Origin: an uncultured Planctomycetaceae bacterium | Lineage (GTDB): Bacteria; Planctomycetota; Planctomycetia; Planctomycetales; Planctomycetaceae | Direction of reading: 5' to 3' | DNA: 64,000 nt | NCBI GenBank assembly: GCA_963976765.1 | Contig: CAXBME010000018.1 | Span: 62,001 to 126,000 of the forward strand | Shown: in pieces, positions 28,615 to 39,364 of the stretch | How the letters are laid out: every line of letters starts with the position of its first letter | Numbering within the stretch: the stretch's first letter is position 1 | The notes under the pieces: model-generated | The model's input: the letters and a program-made list of their open reading frames with translations, nothing else | What the model was told of the DNA's origin: nothing | The model's database searches: none | Made by a program: the position numbers and the translations under genes

Positions 28615-29087
28615 TGGACAAAACTCCTGTGACGCTGACCGGTGTCGACGCTCTCCGAGCGAACACTTGCCTGAACCACACTGAGCGGTACTCCATTTTG
28701 CCGCCTTGGGCGATCCTGTACTGAGTGATCAAGCAGCCCAACTCATTCGGCTCTGAATCACTCAATGCTAGACCAAGGCGAATTGAACCCGGAGAATCCT
28801 GTTTCGTCAATTCGCTAACGAGGCTAAAACTCGATATCTGCTTTCTGAGTAAAATTCACTCTTCGGAAATCTTCATAGATTCCTCAACCCGAATTTCCCA
28901 TTCGGAGATTAAACTCAAAGCCGTTGAGCCTCCCGTCTCAATCAACACATCGCCTCACGGAGTCGAATCAAACACCTTTGATTATGAAGTTAATTGCTTG
29001 TTAAACTTCAAATTATTCTCGCCTCGGCATTGAGCATCGCCTGTTGGCAGTTGCTCTGGTCAGGCCAGTCGCAGGGTAACGAGTGCC

Positions 29088-29405
29088 ATGTCTCGAAGAG
29101 CCTTCCAAACCGACGAATGCGTCGTCTACTGTGTCACGAAACACAGTTGTAAACCAAGTCTGCGTGCCCGAAGCGTTGCTCCTGCACCGCGAGGCGAAAC
29201 GTATACTTACCGGGTCGACAAGTACTGGGTTGTCGACGAAGTGCTGCCGGACAACTCTCTGGTTGTCAGGACTCGTCGAGGAAAAACCCGCACCGTCAGC
29301 GTGGACGATCCCAACCTTCGCCGCCCGAGTCTTTGGGAAAAGTTCGTCATCCGCCATCGCTTCCCGGAGCCTCGTTCACGACGAGCAACTGCCCGCACCG
29401 CCTGA
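29088..29405 (+). CDS. Small basic hypothetical protein (105 aa)
   Basis: PRGETYTYRVDKYWVV...RTRRGK...DPNLRRPSLWE; plausible compact beta-rich protein. Confidence 0.7.
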   Translation: MSRRAFQTDECVVYCVTKHSCKPSLRARSVAPAPRGETYTYRVDKYWVVDEVLPDNSLVVRTRRGKTRTVSVDDPNLRRPSLWEKFVIRHRFPEPRSRRATARTA

Positions 29406-29763
29406 CACGATTGTCTGCACCGCCAGGTGAAATCGCCGCTGACGAAACACGAATCCCTGACAAGTGACTGGTGCGTGGAAGATGGGTCGTGGGCTTCCAC
29501 AGATCCCATACCACCATTCAGCACATTCGATCCGGTTGAAGATTCTCGAAGTCTTAACGAACTGGTCTGGGCAGTGGTTCGATGATCTGGGACACTCCCC
29601 GAAGTCGAATCCCAGTCCGGCCTCATCGGTCTTCAGGCGTTCAACTTCTGGATCGGTCGCTCGGACAACACTGCTCGGCGCAGCAGCGACGTTTGTTGAA
29701 CTGCAAACGCAGCAGCAAATCCATCGCTTACGTTTCGAGCCTGACCAGAATACTGGAGGGTGA

Positions 29764-31110
29764 ATGATCAGCGAAGCAGGGACGCTTAACAGCTCAGATC
29801 GTGCCGTAAGGCTTTTCGTTCTCGACACCAACGTGATCCTTCACGACGCTCGCTGCATTTTCAGTTTTAAAGAACACGACGTTGCCATTCCGATCACCGT
29901 TCTGGAAGAGCTCGATCGATTCAAAAAAGGCAACGGCGATATCCACGCTCAGGCCCGCCAGTTTCTGCGGGAACTTGACCAACTTACTGGCGATGTGCTT
30001 TCCGCCAGAGGTGTGCCGCTTGGCGAAGGTCTCGGCTCTTTCCGAGTGATCATCGGCCTCGACACCGACCGACTCCGAAAGACATTTCTTGCCGACTCGG
30101 CCGACCATCGAATTCTCAGCACAACGCTTGCACTGTCCGAACTGGAGTCTGACTGCGAGGTCGTCCTGGTTACCAAAGACACGAATCTGCGAATGAAAGC
30201 TCGAGCAATCGGGATGAACTCGCAGGACTACACGACCGACAAAGTGAAAGACTTCAACAACCTCTACACAGGGAAACGGCTCGTCAGCGGCGTGTCGAGC
30301 GAACTTGTTTCGGCGTTTTACTCAGCACGAGATTCCGTCTCCGAAGACGTCGTCGACGTGATCACCGAGCCGATCAACAACGAAAACTTCATCATTCGCA
30401 ACGGTTCGAAATCCGTCCTCGCGACGTACAGCCAGGCCAACCGCGCCTTTCGCCGAGTAAGCACCAGCCCCTGCATGGGTATCACGCCGCGAAACGCCGA
30501 ACAGTCTTTCGCGTTGCAGGCTCTGACCAACGACGACGTCAGACTGGTCACCCTGGCCGGTCGCGCGGGCTGCGGTAAGACACTGCTCGCACTTGCGTCA
30601 GCACTCGAAGCCCGTAACCGATACCGGCAGATTCTGCTGGCTCGCCCGATCGTCCCGTTAAGTAACCGGGATCTCGGATACTTACCCGGCGACGTCGACG
30701 CCAAACTCGATCCGTACATGCAACCGCTGTACGACAACCTGACCGTCCTGCGCCACGAGAACCCCGGCTTGAAAGAAGAGCTGAAGGAAATGATGGACGA
30801 CAAGCGGATCGAAATCGCTCCGCTGGCCTACATCCGCGGCCGCAGTCTCCAACGCACATTCTTCATCGTCGACGAGGCTCAGAACCTGACACCGCACGAA
30901 GTCAAGACAATCATCACCCGCGCCGGCGAAGGCACCAAGATCATTCTGACCGGCGACATCCAGCAGATCGATCACCCCTACCTCGACTCCATGTCCAACG
31001 GCCTGACCTACGTGATCAACCGCATGAAAGGCCAGAGCATGTACGCCCACGTCACCCTCGAACGCGGCGTCCGCTCCGAACTCGCCGAAGTCGCCAGCAC
31101 CCTGCTTTAA
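29764..31110 (+). CDS. PhoH family protein with N-terminal PIN domain (PhoH2/YlaK-like)
   Basis: PIN motifs [24 protein letters not shown]; Pho[45 protein letters not shown]. Confidence 0.92.
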   Translation: MISEAGTLNSSDRAVRLFVLDTNVILHDARCIFSFKEHDVAIPITVLEELDRFKKGNGDIHAQARQFLRELDQLTGDVLSARGVPLGEGLGSFRVIIGLDTDRLRKTFLADSADHRILSTTLALSELESDCEVVLVTKDTNLRMKARAIGMNSQDYTTDKVKDFNNLYTGKRLVSGVSSELVSAFYSARDSVSEDVVDVITEPINNENFIIRNGSKSVLATYSQANRAFRRVSTSPCMGITPRNAEQSFALQALTNDDVRLVTLAGRAGCGKTLLALASALEARNRYRQILLARPIVPLSNRDLGYLPGDVDAKLDPYMQPLYDNLTVLRHENPGLKEELKEMMDDKRIEIAPLAYIRGRSLQRTFFIVDEAQNLTPHEVKTIITRAGEGTKIILTGDIQQIDHPYLDSMSNGLTYVINRMKGQSMYAHVTLERGVRSELAEVASTLL

Positions 31111-31317
31111 GACTGCCGACCGGACGAACATCGGCTGGTTCCAGAATCGCTCGCATTCTGTGCAAGCGTTGAGCGCCAGGCCGTTTTTTCACAAAGAACT
31201 CAGTCCCCGCCGATCGATTTCTGCAAAGATTCCAGTGACGAACCGCAGATCGCGACACCAGTTGCGAGTCGTCTGACTTGACTGATGACCAGTTACACGA
31301 GATTCTCCGAACCACGT

Positions 31318-32127
31318 GCCCTGCATAAACGACAGGGCTGTCATTAAGAACCCCGTTAGGCGACTACTCAATGGCTGAATTTGTATACGTAGACAACTCC
31401 AACGTCTTTATCGAAGGCAAACGCGTTAGTGCAGTGGATACCGGCTTAGCCATGAACATCTATGATGCCATCAGCAACCGCATCCTCGACAACTCATACC
31501 GCGTTGATTTCGGCAAACTGCACGATTTCGTCGCAGGTAACGACCCCTCGAAAATCAAACGTGCCGTACTCTACGGTTCTAGGCCCCCGCAGAATGATTC
31601 GCTTTGGGACATCGCCGAGCGCGCCGGTTTTGAAACCGTCGTTGAGGATCGCAATATCGCCAATCGCGAGAAACGAGTTGACACTGGGATTGTGTCTGCG
31701 ATGGTGCGCGATGCTTACACTCGCGCTGACAAAGAAAATGACACTATCACTCTGGTTGCGGGCGATGGGGATTACATACCCGCACTACAAGACCTCACAG
31801 GTGATGGATTTACCGTGGATGTGGTGTTTTGGGATCACGCCTCCAAAGACCTAAAAGACGCATGCACCAATTTTATCTCACTCAATCCTCATCTGGCAAT
31901 GTTGCGTCCGTAGTCGCCTAACATGGTTTTTACGCAAAGCCGCGGCTGTCGTCGTTGGAGAATCTTTTGGTGGTTTGGGGGCGTTCTCTTCGGTCACGAG
32001 CCATCCGCTGCAAACCCGCGGACACCCTCGCTCTTTGTTCAAGCGGCGAACTGTTGGTAAGATGTTTGGCGGCACTTGAATCGTTCGCTTCGTTGAGGAC
32101 GGGTGTCGTAAAAACCTTCCGTTCACC
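31318..32127 (+). mobile_element. Probable integron-like gene cassette (NYN gene with attC-like flanks), no integrase in window
   Basis: GTTAGGCGACTAC (31355-67) and GTAGTCGCCTAAC (31910-22) form a perfect inverted repeat; GGTTTTTACG after GCCTAAC pairs with CGTAAAAACC-TTCC-GTT (32107-23). Confidence 0.6.
31371..31913 (+). CDS. NYN domain (LabA/DUF88, PIN-like) protein, putative ribonuclease
   Basis: YVDNSNV, EKRVDTGI, LVAGDGDYIP, V-V-FW...S-DLK; acidic PIN-like catalytic residues. Confidence 0.88.
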   Translation: MAEFVYVDNSNVFIEGKRVSAVDTGLAMNIYDAISNRILDNSYRVDFGKLHDFVAGNDPSKIKRAVLYGSRPPQNDSLWDIAERAGFETVVEDRNIANREKRVDTGIVSAMVRDAYTRADKENDTITLVAGDGDYIPALQDLTGDGFTVDVVFWDHASKDLKDACTNFISLNPHLAMLRP

Positions 32128-32191
32128 TCAACCGTTTCGGTAGCACTTTCTGGTTGGCCACGACGCGGACGGTTCATTGGGCTGGCATCCG

Positions 32192-33268
32192 TCAGAACAA
32201 CTGGCCGGCTGACGTGCCGTCCTGATCACGAACGTTCGGCAGTGACATGCCGATGTGGTCGAGGCCGATGGCGGTGATGATGCGGCCTCGGGGAGTGCGT
32301 TGGATGAGGCCGTTGCGGAGGAGGAAGGGTTCGATTTCGTCTTCCAGCGTATCGACAGGGACGTTGATGCTGTGGCCGATGGCCTGCACTCCGGCTGGGC
32401 CGCCAGCAAAGATTCTCACCAGAGTCTGAAGATACTTGCGGTCTGGCTCTTCCAGGCCCAGACGGTCGACTTCCTGCATGGTAAGGGCGTCTTCGGCGAC
32501 CTGTTTTGTAATGACGCCTTTGGCTTTAACCATCGCGAAATCGCGAACCCAGCTCAGCAGGTTGTTGGCGATTCGCGGTGTGCCTCGTGCGCGAATCGCG
32601 AGTTCATCGGCAGCAGCTTCGTCGATCTTCACTTTCAGCTTGGCGGCGTTTCGGCGAATGATCTCGGCGAGTTCATCAAGTTCGTAATAATCGAGATGAA
32701 GTCGGTTTACGAAACGGTCACGCAGCGGAGCGGTCAGCATCCCGCTGCGAGTCGTCGCGCCGATGACCGTGAACGGTTCGATCTGCATGTTGATCGTGCG
32801 GGCGTTCATGCCTTCGCCCAGCGTGATGTCGACTCGAAAGTCTTCCATCACCGGATAGATAAACTCTTCGACCGCTGGCGACATGCGGTGAATTTCGTCG
32901 ATGAAGAGAACCGAGCCGCGTCCGGCATTAGTAATGTGAGGCAGCAAATCCTTGGGAGCGGCGAGCAGCGGGCCGGACGTGATCAGACACTCGGTCCCCA
33001 GTTCACGAGGAAGCACGGTAGCGAACGTCGTCTTGCCCAGGCCTGGCGGACCATCGAGGAGAAGATGCCCCAGAGGTTCGCTGCGCATCCGCGCGGCGTC
33101 GATCATAATCTGAAGACGGTCGACGACCTTGCGTTGCCCGACGACATCGCACAACCGCTGAGGACGCAGTGTGTCGTCGAACTGTTCGTCATTGATGTCG
33201 AACGACGATCGAAATGGCTCGGGTTCTTCGTCGTCGTCTGAACTCTGAAAGGTTTTTTCGCGGGCCAT
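32192..33268 (-). CDS. ruvB: Holliday junction branch migration helicase RuvB
   Basis: [58 protein letters not shown]. Confidence 0.97.
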   Translation of the reverse strand: MAREKTFQSSDDDEEPEPFRSSFDINDEQFDDTLRPQRLCDVVGQRKVVDRLQIMIDAARMRSEPLGHLLLDGPPGLGKTTFATVLPRELGTECLITSGPLLAAPKDLLPHITNAGRGSVLFIDEIHRMSPAVEEFIYPVMEDFRVDITLGEGMNARTINMQIEPFTVIGATTRSGMLTAPLRDRFVNRLHLDYYELDELAEIIRRNAAKLKVKIDEAAADELAIRARGTPRIANNLLSWVRDFAMVKAKGVITKQVAEDALTMQEVDRLGLEEPDRKYLQTLVRIFAGGPAGVQAIGHSINVPVDTLEDEIEPFLLRNGLIQRTPRGRIITAIGLDHIGMSLPNVRDQDGTSAGQLF

Positions 33269-33330
33269 CCTGTTGCCGGTTTCCGTCCTGTGAGTAGCTG
33301 CCTGATTGAAAGTGAAAGTTCAATGTTCGC

Positions 33331-35589
33331 TCAAGGTTCGTCTTTGTTCTCGGTCTTTACTTTGCCAACGTCCGACTTCTGAACTTTCAGTTTTTCTTCG
33401 ACCCGTTTGATCAATTCCGCATCGGGATGACTTTCTTCCTTGACTAGCTCCAGAGCTTTTTCCCAGGCCTTTGTGGCATCGGACGTTTCTTTGATCGCAC
33501 CGTAGCAGTCACCGAGATGTTCCCAGATCGTGGCGTCGTTGCCGGTTTCGAGCTTCGTGGCTTTGACCAGCCAGGTGATCGCTTCTTTGTGCTCGCCCAG
33601 CTTGAACAGAACCCAGCCCATACTGTCGAGGTACGCGGCGTTTTCCGGCTCAGCTTCGACGGCCTTCTCGATCATCTTGCGAGCCTTCTCCAGGTTCTTT
33701 CCCTGGTCAGCGTAGAGGTAGCCAAGGTCGTTGTTGACGCCAATGTCGTCGGGATTTTCGGCGAGGAATTTTTCAAGGATCTCCTCGCCACGTTTAAGTT
33801 CTCCCAACTGGACATAGACAGCCGACAAACTGAATTTGGCCTGCTTCGTCCAGGGTTCTGAATCTGGATACTTTGCGATGAAGGCTTCGAACTTTTCAGC
33901 CGCTTCCTTCGAGCGGTGCGCGTGGTAGTAGATCCATGCCTCGCGAAACGACAGCAGTGGGTGACCGCCAGGGATTAGCTTGATGGCATCCGAAATTGCT
34001 TCCAGGGCAGGGTCCGTTTCTCCGGAAAGTTCCAGCGCGAGCGCGAGCCTCAAGAGATTGTCCGGCTTTGCCCCTTGCAGCAGTGGCTTGCCCGCCGCTT
34101 CGCGGTAGACGGCGGCCGCTTCCGCGTAAGATTCCGTTGCCATGAACAGCTCACCGAGGGCTCGATAAACGACTGCGGCCTGAGCAGGATTTGCAGTCAG
34201 TGCGAGGCGGTAAAGCTCCGCTGCGTCTTCGATTCGTTTGGCTCCTTCGAGCACTTCGGCCACGAAGAGCAACTTACCGAAGTGCTCGGCGTGAGCACCG
34301 TCTGCCGTCTGTTCGCGGATGATCTTCAGGAAGTCATCCTGAAATGTTTTGTCCTTCTGCAGAACTTCCAGTTCCGTGGCGAGAGGTTCCGGAAGCGGTC
34401 GTTGCTGCCAGCTCTGAACGTAGACCTTCGAGATATTTTCGAGCAGCTCGGCGGCTTTCATCTGACGACGATAAATCTGAGCCAGGCCCAGGTAGGCCGC
34501 AGGCGACGGGCCATCCTTCAGAGACGACATGAAGATCTCTTCAGCCTCTTCCAGACGATCCTTTGCGAGATACGCTTCCGCAAGAAAGGCCTTGGCTTCG
34601 CGGTTCGTCGGGTCATTCTTCACCAGTTCTTCGAGACGCGCTGCCAGAGAATCCTGCTGTTTCGTCTTCTCGAGAATCTGCTGGAGTAAGACATACGGCC
34701 CGCGACCTTTGTCCAGATTTGAACCAAAGAAAATGTCGATCTGCTTCAACGCGCTGGCGTAGTCTTCCTTCTGGAAATAGAGCTGAGCAAGCAGATAATT
34801 CACGCCGCCAGGCTTGCCGCTTCGTTCGGCGCTGGCTTTTTCCAGAGCGGTCAGTGCGAGGTCATTTCGTTTGGCTTGCAGAAAGACCTGACCGATCTGC
34901 TCGTACGACGTGCTTCGATGTTTCTGTAATTCGTCACGGGTACGGCGATCGAGTCCGTATTTTTGAGGATCGACCAGCGCCGCAAGAACGACTTCGTAGG
35001 CGTCGGCTGCTTTGTCGATTTCGCCCAGCCCTGCGTAGATGATGCCCAGGTCACGATTGATCAGAACGTAAAAGCCACTCAGCTCCTGCAGCTTTGGTGA
35101 GTCGCGAGCCTGCTCCAGGTACTTGATCGCCTGATCCAGTTTCCGCCCGCGAACCATTTCAACCCCCAGCTGCCTCAGCAACTGAAAATCATCAGGGTCA
35201 AGTTTGACGGCGTCGACAGCGTACTTCAGCGCCTTCTCGCTTTGATTCAACCTCAAAGCCATATCAATCATCGCTCGGACGATTTCGATACTGCCCGGTT
35301 CGAGCGTGGCGGCGTTTTCGTACGCTTTCAGAGCTTCATCGAAACGCTGCCGCTGCTGGTGGAGTCGTCCAGTCATAAACCAGGCCGCCGCCTTGCCACG
35401 CTGCTCAATCTCGACGGTGCGTGGATTGACAGGCACCAGCAACGGAGCAGGGTCATCAAGCATCTGCAACTGGTATGGCTGACCTTCAAAAACCGACGCC
35501 GCGCGGTCACCCTCGACAGCACGCAGCGACGATGGCAATGCCACAGCGACTGACAGCGACAGCACAACATTCTGAAACGGTCTGGCCAT
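33331..35589 (-). CDS. Tetratricopeptide repeat protein (exported)
   Basis: Signal peptide after ATG 35589; many TPR-like helices; NDLGYLYAD, YLDSMGWVLFK, EHLGD. Confidence 0.85.
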   Translation of the reverse strand: MARPFQNVVLSLSVAVALPSSLRAVEGDRAASVFEGQPYQLQMLDDPAPLLVPVNPRTVEIEQRGKAAAWFMTGRLHQQRQRFDEALKAYENAATLEPGSIEIVRAMIDMALRLNQSEKALKYAVDAVKLDPDDFQLLRQLGVEMVRGRKLDQAIKYLEQARDSPKLQELSGFYVLINRDLGIIYAGLGEIDKAADAYEVVLAALVDPQKYGLDRRTRDELQKHRSTSYEQIGQVFLQAKRNDLALTALEKASAERSGKPGGVNYLLAQLYFQKEDYASALKQIDIFFGSNLDKGRGPYVLLQQILEKTKQQDSLAARLEELVKNDPTNREAKAFLAEAYLAKDRLEEAEEIFMSSLKDGPSPAAYLGLAQIYRRQMKAAELLENISKVYVQSWQQRPLPEPLATELEVLQKDKTFQDDFLKIIREQTADGAHAEHFGKLLFVAEVLEGAKRIEDAAELYRLALTANPAQAAVVYRALGELFMATESYAEAAAVYREAAGKPLLQGAKPDNLLRLALALELSGETDPALEAISDAIKLIPGGHPLLSFREAWIYYHAHRSKEAAEKFEAFIAKYPDSEPWTKQAKFSLSAVYVQLGELKRGEEILEKFLAENPDDIGVNNDLGYLYADQGKNLEKARKMIEKAVEAEPENAAYLDSMGWVLFKLGEHKEAITWLVKATKLETGNDATIWEHLGDCYGAIKETSDATKAWEKALELVKEESHPDAELIKRVEEKLKVQKSDVGKVKTENKDEP

Positions 35590-35948
35590 AACACTCTCCA
35601 CTTTCGAAGCCGATCCTTCCGGAGCAGAACCCTCTTTGCAGATCCCGAAAGACTGGCTGGACGAATTTCGGTCGTTAGCAGAAGGCTCTGTTAAATTGAC
35701 AGCGGTTCGTAGCTTAGCGGCCCTCGGTGACTGCCACCAATAGTCCTTGCCGAATCCGGTCAGCTGCTTGTTTTCCGGAGTTTTCGACTCAACAATGTGG
35801 TTCCTGATGGTGCCGTTGCGGGCAGGATGCACCATCACTGGGATGGTTTACGTGAATCAGAGCTGTTGAGGAATTTGTTGCTGAACGAGCAGTTAGCGGG
35901 CCGCGGCGGCACCGTGCTGAGAAAATCCGTCTGCGAAGGGCTGATGTC

Positions 35949-36836
35949 ATGACCACCGTACTGATCGTTGACGACTCGGTTGTCGACAGGAAACTGGCTG
36001 GTGGCTGCCTGAAAAACTGCGACCTCGAAGTCGCATTCGCCTGTGACGGCCGCGAGGCCCTGGAGCTGATGGCTGACGACCCACCCGATGTCGTCGTTAC
36101 CGACCTTCAGATGCCGGAAGTCGATGGTCTGGAACTGACCAAACAGATCTGCAAACTCCACCGGCATGTGCCTGTCATCCTGATGACCGCTCACGGTAAT
36201 GAAGAGGTGGCCGTCGCTGCTCTCAATGCCGGAGCCGCCAGTTACGTTCCCAAAAAGAATCTCTCACGCGACCTGAAAGAGACAGTCAAGAGCGTGCTCT
36301 CGGTCGCCTCGTCGGAACGAGCTGAGCAGCAGATTCTGGAAAGTCTGGCCAGCGTTCGGCTCGAATTCGAACTCGGCAACGAAATCGGCGCACTCCGACC
36401 GTTGATCGTGGTCATGCAGGGCCACATGAGGCAATTAGGGATCTGTGGCGAATCGGATATCATCCGAATTTCCACGGCGCTTCAGGAAGCTCTGATCAAC
36501 GCCATCGAGCACGGCAACCTGGAGCTGGATTCAAAGCTGCGGGAACTGAAGGACAACACCTATCAGAAACTCGGAGAAGAACGCCGGCAGCAGGAGCCCT
36601 TCAAAAGCCGCAAAACCTACGTCGTCGCCGAGTTCAACCGTGAAGGTTGCCGCTGGACAATCCGCGACGAAGGACGGGGGTTTGATCCAGCATCGCTACC
36701 CGACCCTCGTGACCCGGCCAACCTGCAACGAGTCAGCGGTCGAGGTCTTCTACTGATCCGAACTTTCATGGACGGAGTCGAGTTCAACGACAAAGCCAAC
36801 GAGATCACCATGTTCCGCAAACAAACTCAGCAATGA
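35949..36836 (+). CDS. Response regulator fused to HATPase_c-like (RsbW-type) domain
   Basis: VLIVDDS, TDLQMPEVDG, MTAHG, YVPK receiver; EALINAIEHGN, DEGRGFD, GRGLLLI. Confidence 0.88.
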   Translation: MTTVLIVDDSVVDRKLAGGCLKNCDLEVAFACDGREALELMADDPPDVVVTDLQMPEVDGLELTKQICKLHRHVPVILMTAHGNEEVAVAALNAGAASYVPKKNLSRDLKETVKSVLSVASSERAEQQILESLASVRLEFELGNEIGALRPLIVVMQGHMRQLGICGESDIIRISTALQEALINAIEHGNLELDSKLRELKDNTYQKLGEERRQQEPFKSRKTYVVAEFNREGCRWTIRDEGRGFDPASLPDPRDPANLQRVSGRGLLLIRTFMDGVEFNDKANEITMFRKQTQQ

Positions 36837-36983
36837 CGACAGCTTCGAAGTCACTTGAATGGCTGCCGCAGGACACGTAAGAATCAGCCGCGTTACGGTA
36901 CGCGTTCCTTCCCCATTGCGGTCAACTTCGAGCTGTCTCGAAGTGAAGCCGTCCTGTCCCACGCAACTCTCCGGAGTCTCTCA

Positions 36984-39320
36984 ATGCTTCATGCCAGGCA
37001 TGCGGCGCGGTCACATACGTTTTTCGTCATTGTCGTGCTGACCTTCGCTGCCACTTTATTGCCCACTCTGCGAGCGCTGGCTGACGAGCAGTCAGGTAAG
37101 GCGATTTACACCAGACTCTGCGCATCGTGCCACGGAACCGAAGGCGAAGGAACCGCCGACAACTACCCGCAACGACTTGCCGGCGACCGGCCACTCTCAG
37201 ACCTGGCCCGAGTCATCACAGAGACAATGCCCGAAGGCGAATCAGACGAATGCATTGGTGACGACGCCAGGGCCGTCGCCGACTACATCTACAACGCGTT
37301 CTACTCGCCCGTCGCGCAAGCTCGCATTCGACCGCCGCGAGTCGCGCTGGCCCACCTGACCAACACCCAATACCGCAACGCCGTGGCTGATCTGATCGGC
37401 CTGTTCCGCGGAGGTCGCCCCTATGACGAGAAGCGAGGTCTGCAGGCTGAGTACTTTGCGTCCGGACGTTTTCAGCGGGACAAAAAGCTCGACTTCAACC
37501 GAGTCGACTCGAACGTCAATTTCGACTTTGGCGACGACGTTCCGGCCGACAGCAAGTTCACAAAGAAGAGCGAATTTTCCATTCGCTGGCAGGGGTCTGT
37601 CATTGCTCCGGAAACCGGCGACTACGAATTCATTATCCGGACCGACAATGGATTCCAGTTCTGGCTGAACCACTCGCAGATTCCGTTCATCGACGGAAAA
37701 GTCCGCGCCGGCGACGACGCTGAGTATCGCAAAACCATCTTCATGATCGGTGGTCGTCCCTATCCGCTGCGACTGGACTTTTTCAAATTCAACGGCAAGT
37801 CCGCCGAAATTCGTCTGCACTGGAAGGCTCCTCACAAAACGGAAGAAGCTATCCCCGAGCGGCTCCTCACACCGACGCGGTACGCTGAAGTCCTGACAGT
37901 CGAAACACCGTTCCCACCTGACGATCGCAGCGAGGGTTACATTCGAGGCACCACAATCTCGAAAGAGTGGGACGCCGCCACAACGTCGGCAGCCATCGAG
38001 GTCGCCGCAAAAGTGTTCGACGATCTGGACCGACTCTCCGGCAGCCGCCCGGACAAAGACGACCGCTCCGCAAAGCTTCGTTCATTCTGCGAACGATTCG
38101 TCGAACGCGCGCTTCGGCGTCCGCTGACGGACGATCAGAAACAGCTCTATATCGAACGGCAGTTTGAAAAGACCGAGGACGACGAAACGGCCGTTCGCCG
38201 GGTCGTGATGCTGGCACTGAAGTCGCCGCGATTCCTGTACCGCGAAATCGGCGGCGAGAATGACTCGTTTGATGTCGCATCAAGACTGTCGTTCGGTTTG
38301 TGGGACTGTCCGCCGGATAACCAGCTCTGGAACGGTGCCAACGGAAACTCGCTGGATTCGAGAGACAAGATCGCTCGCGCTGCGAGCCGCATGGTCGACG
38401 ATCCTCGTACAAAAACGAAACTGCGCGAGTTCTTTCATTACTGGCTGAAGGTCGACCATCTGGTCGACGTCTCTAAGGACACCGAAGAGTTTCCCGGTTT
38501 CGATCGAACGTTGCAGTCAGACCTTCGTACGTCGCTGGAGCTGACAATCGACGAATTCATCGCCCAGGAGAAACCCGACTTTCGACAGCTTCTGCTCAGC
38601 AACGAAACATTTCTCAGCGAGCGGCTGGCAAAGTTTTACGGAGCCAGCGTCGCTGCCAGTTCCGACTCTTCAAGCGACGCGTTTCACAAGGTTGCTTTCG
38701 AGCCAGAAGTTCGAGCTGGCATTCTTTCTCACCCGTTTCTGATGAGCGGTTTCGCCTACCACCAGGTCAGCTCGCCTATTCATCGGGGAGTATTTCTTTC
38801 CAGAAGCGTGCTCGGGCGATCACTCAAGCCGCCAGCGGTAGCGGTCACACCGGTTCCGCCGGATTTGCATCCGGATCTGACGACCCGACAGCGAGTGGCC
38901 ATGCAGACCAGCGATGTCTTCTGCCGATCCTGTCATGAGATGATCAATCCGCTGGGCTTCGCTCTGGAGAACTTTGACGCAGCCGGACGCTTCCGCAAAC
39001 GGGAGAAAAATAAAAACATCGACGCTTCCGGCTTCTATTTGCAGCAGAGCGGCGAAGTGGCAGAATTTAACGGAGCCAGAGAACTCGGAAACTTTCTCTC
39101 CGGCAGCGACGAAGTTCACCTGGCCTTTGTCGAACAACTTTTCCAGCATATGGTGAAACAGCCAGTTCAGGCCTACGGTTCCGATCAGAAAGCAAAACTG
39201 AGAAACTTGTTTGCCCAAAGCGGGTTTAACATCAATACACTGCTCGCCGAGATCGCCACGGTCGCCGCATTCGACCATCCGAAAGAAGACACTCCACCTG
39301 TAGAGACTGCTGCCGAGTAA
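36984..39320 (+). CDS. DUF1592-family (DUF1587/1588/1592/1595) protein with cytochrome c and PA14 domains
   Basis: CASCH; PA14-like [58 protein letters not shown]. Confidence 0.85.
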   Translation: MLHARHAARSHTFFVIVVLTFAATLLPTLRALADEQSGKAIYTRLCASCHGTEGEGTADNYPQRLAGDRPLSDLARVITETMPEGESDECIGDDARAVADYIYNAFYSPVAQARIRPPRVALAHLTNTQYRNAVADLIGLFRGGRPYDEKRGLQAEYFASGRFQRDKKLDFNRVDSNVNFDFGDDVPADSKFTKKSEFSIRWQGSVIAPETGDYEFIIRTDNGFQFWLNHSQIPFIDGKVRAGDDAEYRKTIFMIGGRPYPLRLDFFKFNGKSAEIRLHWKAPHKTEEAIPERLLTPTRYAEVLTVETPFPPDDRSEGYIRGTTISKEWDAATTSAAIEVAAKVFDDLDRLSGSRPDKDDRSAKLRSFCERFVERALRRPLTDDQKQLYIERQFEKTEDDETAVRRVVMLALKSPRFLYREIGGENDSFDVASRLSFGLWDCPPDNQLWNGANGNSLDSRDKIARAASRMVDDPRTKTKLREFFHYWLKVDHLVDVSKDTEEFPGFDRTLQSDLRTSLELTIDEFIAQEKPDFRQLLLSNETFLSERLAKFYGASVAASSDSSSDAFHKVAFEPEVRAGILSHPFLMSGFAYHQVSSPIHRGVFLSRSVLGRSLKPPAVAVTPVPPDLHPDLTTRQRVAMQTSDVFCRSCHEMINPLGFALENFDAAGRFRKREKNKNIDASGFYLQQSGEVAEFNGARELGNFLSGSDEVHLAFVEQLFQHMVKQPVQAYGSDQKAKLRNLFAQSGFNINTLLAEIATVAAFDHPKEDTPPVETAAE

Positions 39321-39364
39321 GTCGCCAACTTCCCACCACTCGACTTCTACACAAAAGCCCCGCC

